From positions 253,368 to 317,367 of the IMG/VR virus record IMGVR_UViG_3300042009_000026: a DNA stretch of 64,000 nt; one strand, 5' to 3'. The DNA comes from a virus. Taxonomy: Duplodnaviria > Heunggongvirae > Uroviricota > Caudoviricetes. A model generated the notes under the pieces. The model was given only the letters and a program-made list of their open reading frames with translations. It did no database searches and was not told where the DNA came from. The translations under genes and the position numbers were made by a program. Position 1 is the stretch's first letter. Each line of letters starts with the position of its first letter. This document shows positions 58,960 to 64,000 of the stretch, one piece after another.

Positions 58960-59579
58960 CACTGTGGCAACGTATTAAAAGCTGGTTCGGTTTCAAACCA
59001 AAAGCGGCACCATCGCAATTTGGTAGTAGCTATGACTTCCATGATAACATGGGTTTCAGTTCTGGTACGCAGGGTATTCGTAATGCCTCTACCAAGGATC
59101 AACCAGCAACCGAAAAGAACGGGGTGTTCGTCAAAGACGGTATTCTGTCAGCTGGCTCCCAACGAGACAATTGGGTCGATAAAAAATCAGTTCGTCGTAA
59201 TACGCCTATTCGCTCTTATGGAGAATCAGAATGTCGTTATGACCATGGTGCCAGGATTGGTGGTGTTACTACATCCTCTCTTCGTCCCGATGGTAGTTTC
59301 GTTGATGGTCTAGTGACGGGCTACATGGTCGGCGAAGTACTGGAAGCAGTTGGTGACATGATCTCCGATGACCATACACCAAGTGTCACAGAAACTCGTT
59401 CTGCACCTGAACCAGTATGGCAAGAGCCAGCCCCTGTGGTTGATGTACAATCCACTTGGCAAGAACCCGCTTCTACTAGCTGGAATGAACCAGCCTCTAC
59501 CAGTTTCGGCGGCAGTGACAATAGCAGTAGTTGGGTCAGCGACGTAGCTGATTCTGTAAGTTCTGTCTTCTCCGACTGA
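58956..59579 (+). CDS. Hypothetical protein with WQEPA repeats and Ser/Asp-rich tail
   Basis: ATGA coupling; WQEPA twice, WNEPA once. Confidence 0.65.
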   Translation: MTLWQRIKSWFGFKPKAAPSQFGSSYDFHDNMGFSSGTQGIRNASTKDQPATEKNGVFVKDGILSAGSQRDNWVDKKSVRRNTPIRSYGESECRYDHGARIGGVTTSSLRPDGSFVDGLVTGYMVGEVLEAVGDMISDDHTPSVTETRSAPEPVWQEPAPVVDVQSTWQEPASTSWNEPASTSFGGSDNSSSWVSDVADSVSSVFSD

Positions 59580-59580
59580 G

Positions 59581-59763
59581 GTGGCAATGAATAAAGGTTT
59601 TCGTAGACTGTATTCTAGTTTACATCGAACCGACCGTAAACGATCTGCACGACAACACGAGCTGGCTCCAAGCCAGCTTATGTCCGAGATACCCGGTTGG
59701 CGTAAATGCACCACAATCAAGCCCATGGAGGAATTAAATGTCCCAACTCGAAACGCTGCGTGA
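59581..59763 (+). CDS. Small hypothetical protein
   Basis: GAGG SD; likely start ATG 59587. Confidence 0.45.
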   Translation: MAMNKGFRRLYSSLHRTDRKRSARQHELAPSQLMSEIPGWRKCTTIKPMEELNVPTRNAA

Positions 59764-60487
59764 GCACATCGAGATCATGAAAAGCATGGCGCAGCCAGTG
59801 CGACATAATCCGATAATCATCGCTCCAAGGATATCACCCAGTGAGATGCTATATCTGCGTCGTACTGATGGCTCTTACGCTAGAGACGAACGTGGTTTTT
59901 TAATGCACGATCAGATGGCTACCTACAAAGCAAACAGATCCGCGACCCCTCCAGATTACTCATTGGACGATCTGAAGTTTACAGATTATGTGAAAGTGCT
60001 GACTGAACTCCCTGTGTCTGATTTCCCGAGACGTCAGATCCCAATGTCAAGGAGACGTAGCCCATATGAATCAGCCAAGTGGCAAGGATTCCGGTGGGGT
60101 GGTCGCACTAATGCTTCGGCAACAGAGTGGGCAATACGTCGCGCGATACAGAAAACCTTCCCTAAGGCTAAACCGTATCTGGTGAAGTCGCGCTATCCAA
60201 GAATGCTTCTTGGGAAGAGTATTGCCATGTCTAACCTTTGCCATGAATTGTTCGGCACTGGTAACTATTATGGACTGACCGTACAACAACGTAAACAACA
60301 GGAAATAATTGATGCTCGGTTCAATGTTGACTTTGTTCGACTATCCACCCAACTTGCTGCGTCCTATCCCCAGCTCCCAATCGACGGAAGATTTACACCG
60401 TCTTATGAAACGCTTGAGAAGTTTTACGTCCCGGAACAAAGTAGTGTTTATCACTCCACGGGCCACTGGGACAAAAGAAAGTACTGA
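59738..60487 (+). CDS. Hypothetical protein
   Basis: GGAGG SD. Confidence 0.65.
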   Translation: MSQLETLREHIEIMKSMAQPVRHNPIIIAPRISPSEMLYLRRTDGSYARDERGFLMHDQMATYKANRSATPPDYSLDDLKFTDYVKVLTELPVSDFPRRQIPMSRRRSPYESAKWQGFRWGGRTNASATEWAIRRAIQKTFPKAKPYLVKSRYPRMLLGKSIAMSNLCHELFGTGNYYGLTVQQRKQQEIIDARFNVDFVRLSTQLAASYPQLPIDGRFTPSYETLEKFYVPEQSSVYHSTGHWDKRKY

Positions 60488-60522
60488 CCGCTACAATGTA
60501 ATATCTAACCAGGAGTTTGACA

Positions 60523-61149
60523 ATGTCAGTACTATCAGACAAAACTATTCGCCGGCTGAGCGAAGAATCCAAGACACCAATGATTCAACCTTTCTTTGGT
60601 CGTTCAGTAAAGACACTAAACGGGCAGAAGGTAGCAAGTTACGGCTTGTCCACAGGCGGATACGACATCCGAGCAGCGAGGGAATTCAAGGTCTTCAAGC
60701 CTATCAAATATTCCCTATGGGAACGTTTGAAGTTTCTGTTCACAGGTAAACCGAAACCGGTTAATCCACTGAGCTATAAAGAAATCACTGAAGACATGTT
60801 CGATTCTGTCAATGGTGATTTCGTTGTAGTTCCTCCGGGTGGCTTCTTGCTGGCCCGTAGTATGGAATACGTCAACATGCCTCGTGATGTGTTGGCTCTG
60901 TGTATCGGTAAGTCAACTATCGCTCGTGCTGGTTGGAATTGCCTGTGCACTCCGATAGAACCTGAATGGGATGGTTATATCACTCTGGAATTCCAGAACA
61001 CAACTGATCGTCCGAATATCTTCTATGCTGGTGAAGGTTGCCTGCAATTGGTATTCATGCGTCTGGATAAAGAGCCTGAAACTTCCTACCTCGATCGTGG
61101 TGGCAAGTATAACAATCAAGCTGCAAGCATCGTTCTACCACGCGTATAA
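60523..61149 (+). CDS. dcd: dCTP deaminase
   Basis: SYGLSTGGYD, GKSTIARAG, PIEPEWDGYITLE, GEG..Q, Y..RGGKY..Q. Confidence 0.93.
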   Translation: MSVLSDKTIRRLSEESKTPMIQPFFGRSVKTLNGQKVASYGLSTGGYDIRAAREFKVFKPIKYSLWERLKFLFTGKPKPVNPLSYKEITEDMFDSVNGDFVVVPPGGFLLARSMEYVNMPRDVLALCIGKSTIARAGWNCLCTPIEPEWDGYITLEFQNTTDRPNIFYAGEGCLQLVFMRLDKEPETSYLDRGGKYNNQAASIVLPRV

Positions 61150-61150
61150 A

Positions 61151-61179
61151 AGTGAGCCTTCGGGCTCACTCTTTATTTT
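61151..61179 (+). terminator. Intrinsic terminator
   Basis: AGTGAGCC-TTCG-GGCTCACT-CTTTATTTT. Confidence 0.8.
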
Positions 61180-61194
61180 CTTTTTGGAGGTTTC

Positions 61195-63736
<2,542 letters not shown>

Positions 63737-63741
63737 TCCAA

Positions 63742-64000
63742 ATGGAAATACCTTTAATTAGCGGTATCCTAAAAAGATACCGTAAACGTAAGTTTGTTAG
63801 CAGACTTACACGTCGTCGTGACACCGTTGTATTGAATGCCGTATCGCAGGGGATCTACTTCAATCAAGAGTCAGAGAAGTTTCTGTGTCCTTGCTGTGAT
63901 CAACGCATGTGTAACAAGAAGACTAATGGTTACAGAATACCCATTATAAAACAGTTCCAACTGGATTATGATGTATTAACTGCCCAGATAGCTTCTGTAC
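63742..64000 (+). CDS. Hypothetical protein (partial) with CPCC motif
   Basis: Open from ATG 63742 to the window end. Confidence 0.5.
   Translation, partial: MEIPLISGILKRYRKRKFVSRLTRRRDTVVLNAVSQGIYFNQESEKFLCPCCDQRMCNKKTNGYRIPIIKQFQLDYDVLTAQIASV

Noticed and set aside
2691-61180. Recurrent GGCTTCCC/GGGAAGCC-type palindromes as a CRISPR array or REP elements
   Set aside because: Single dispersed copies at gene ends, with no repeat-spacer periodicity and no cas genes; best explained as terminators.

Overview
This is a 64-kb segment of a phiKZ-like (nucleus-forming, Pseudomonas-type) jumbo phage. The assignment rests on motifs and gene order: UvsX/RecA, RNase H, a probable spanin pair, paralogous inner-head proteins, PAAR plus spike, SbcC-like ATPase, prohead protease, virion RNAP beta and beta' subunits, a 2.3-kaa tail muralytic protein, dTMP kinase, GIY-YIG endonuclease, SF2 helicase, dCTP deaminase and NAD-dependent ligase. 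phiKZ-type early promoters (TATATTAC) and many UUCG-type hairpins are present. phiKZ gp numbers come from recalled synteny, not from a search. The main novel candidate is a pair of programmed -1 ribosomal frameshifts. Two head-protein genes end in canonical slippery heptamers (A_AAA_AAG at 8664-8670 followed by a GNRA hairpin; G_GGA_AAG at 23034-23028 on the minus strand). Each opens into a -1 frame lacking a convincing start, which encodes an extra domain (one is ParB/Srx-like), and each junction carries a prohead-protease S-x-E site. This suggests low-copy cargo that is packaged through a head-protein carrier and then released by proteolysis. Also notable are an intergenic element with 17-nt complementarity to the 16S rRNA 3' end, and a hairpin class flanked by CATA/TATGYYGT instead of U-tracts.
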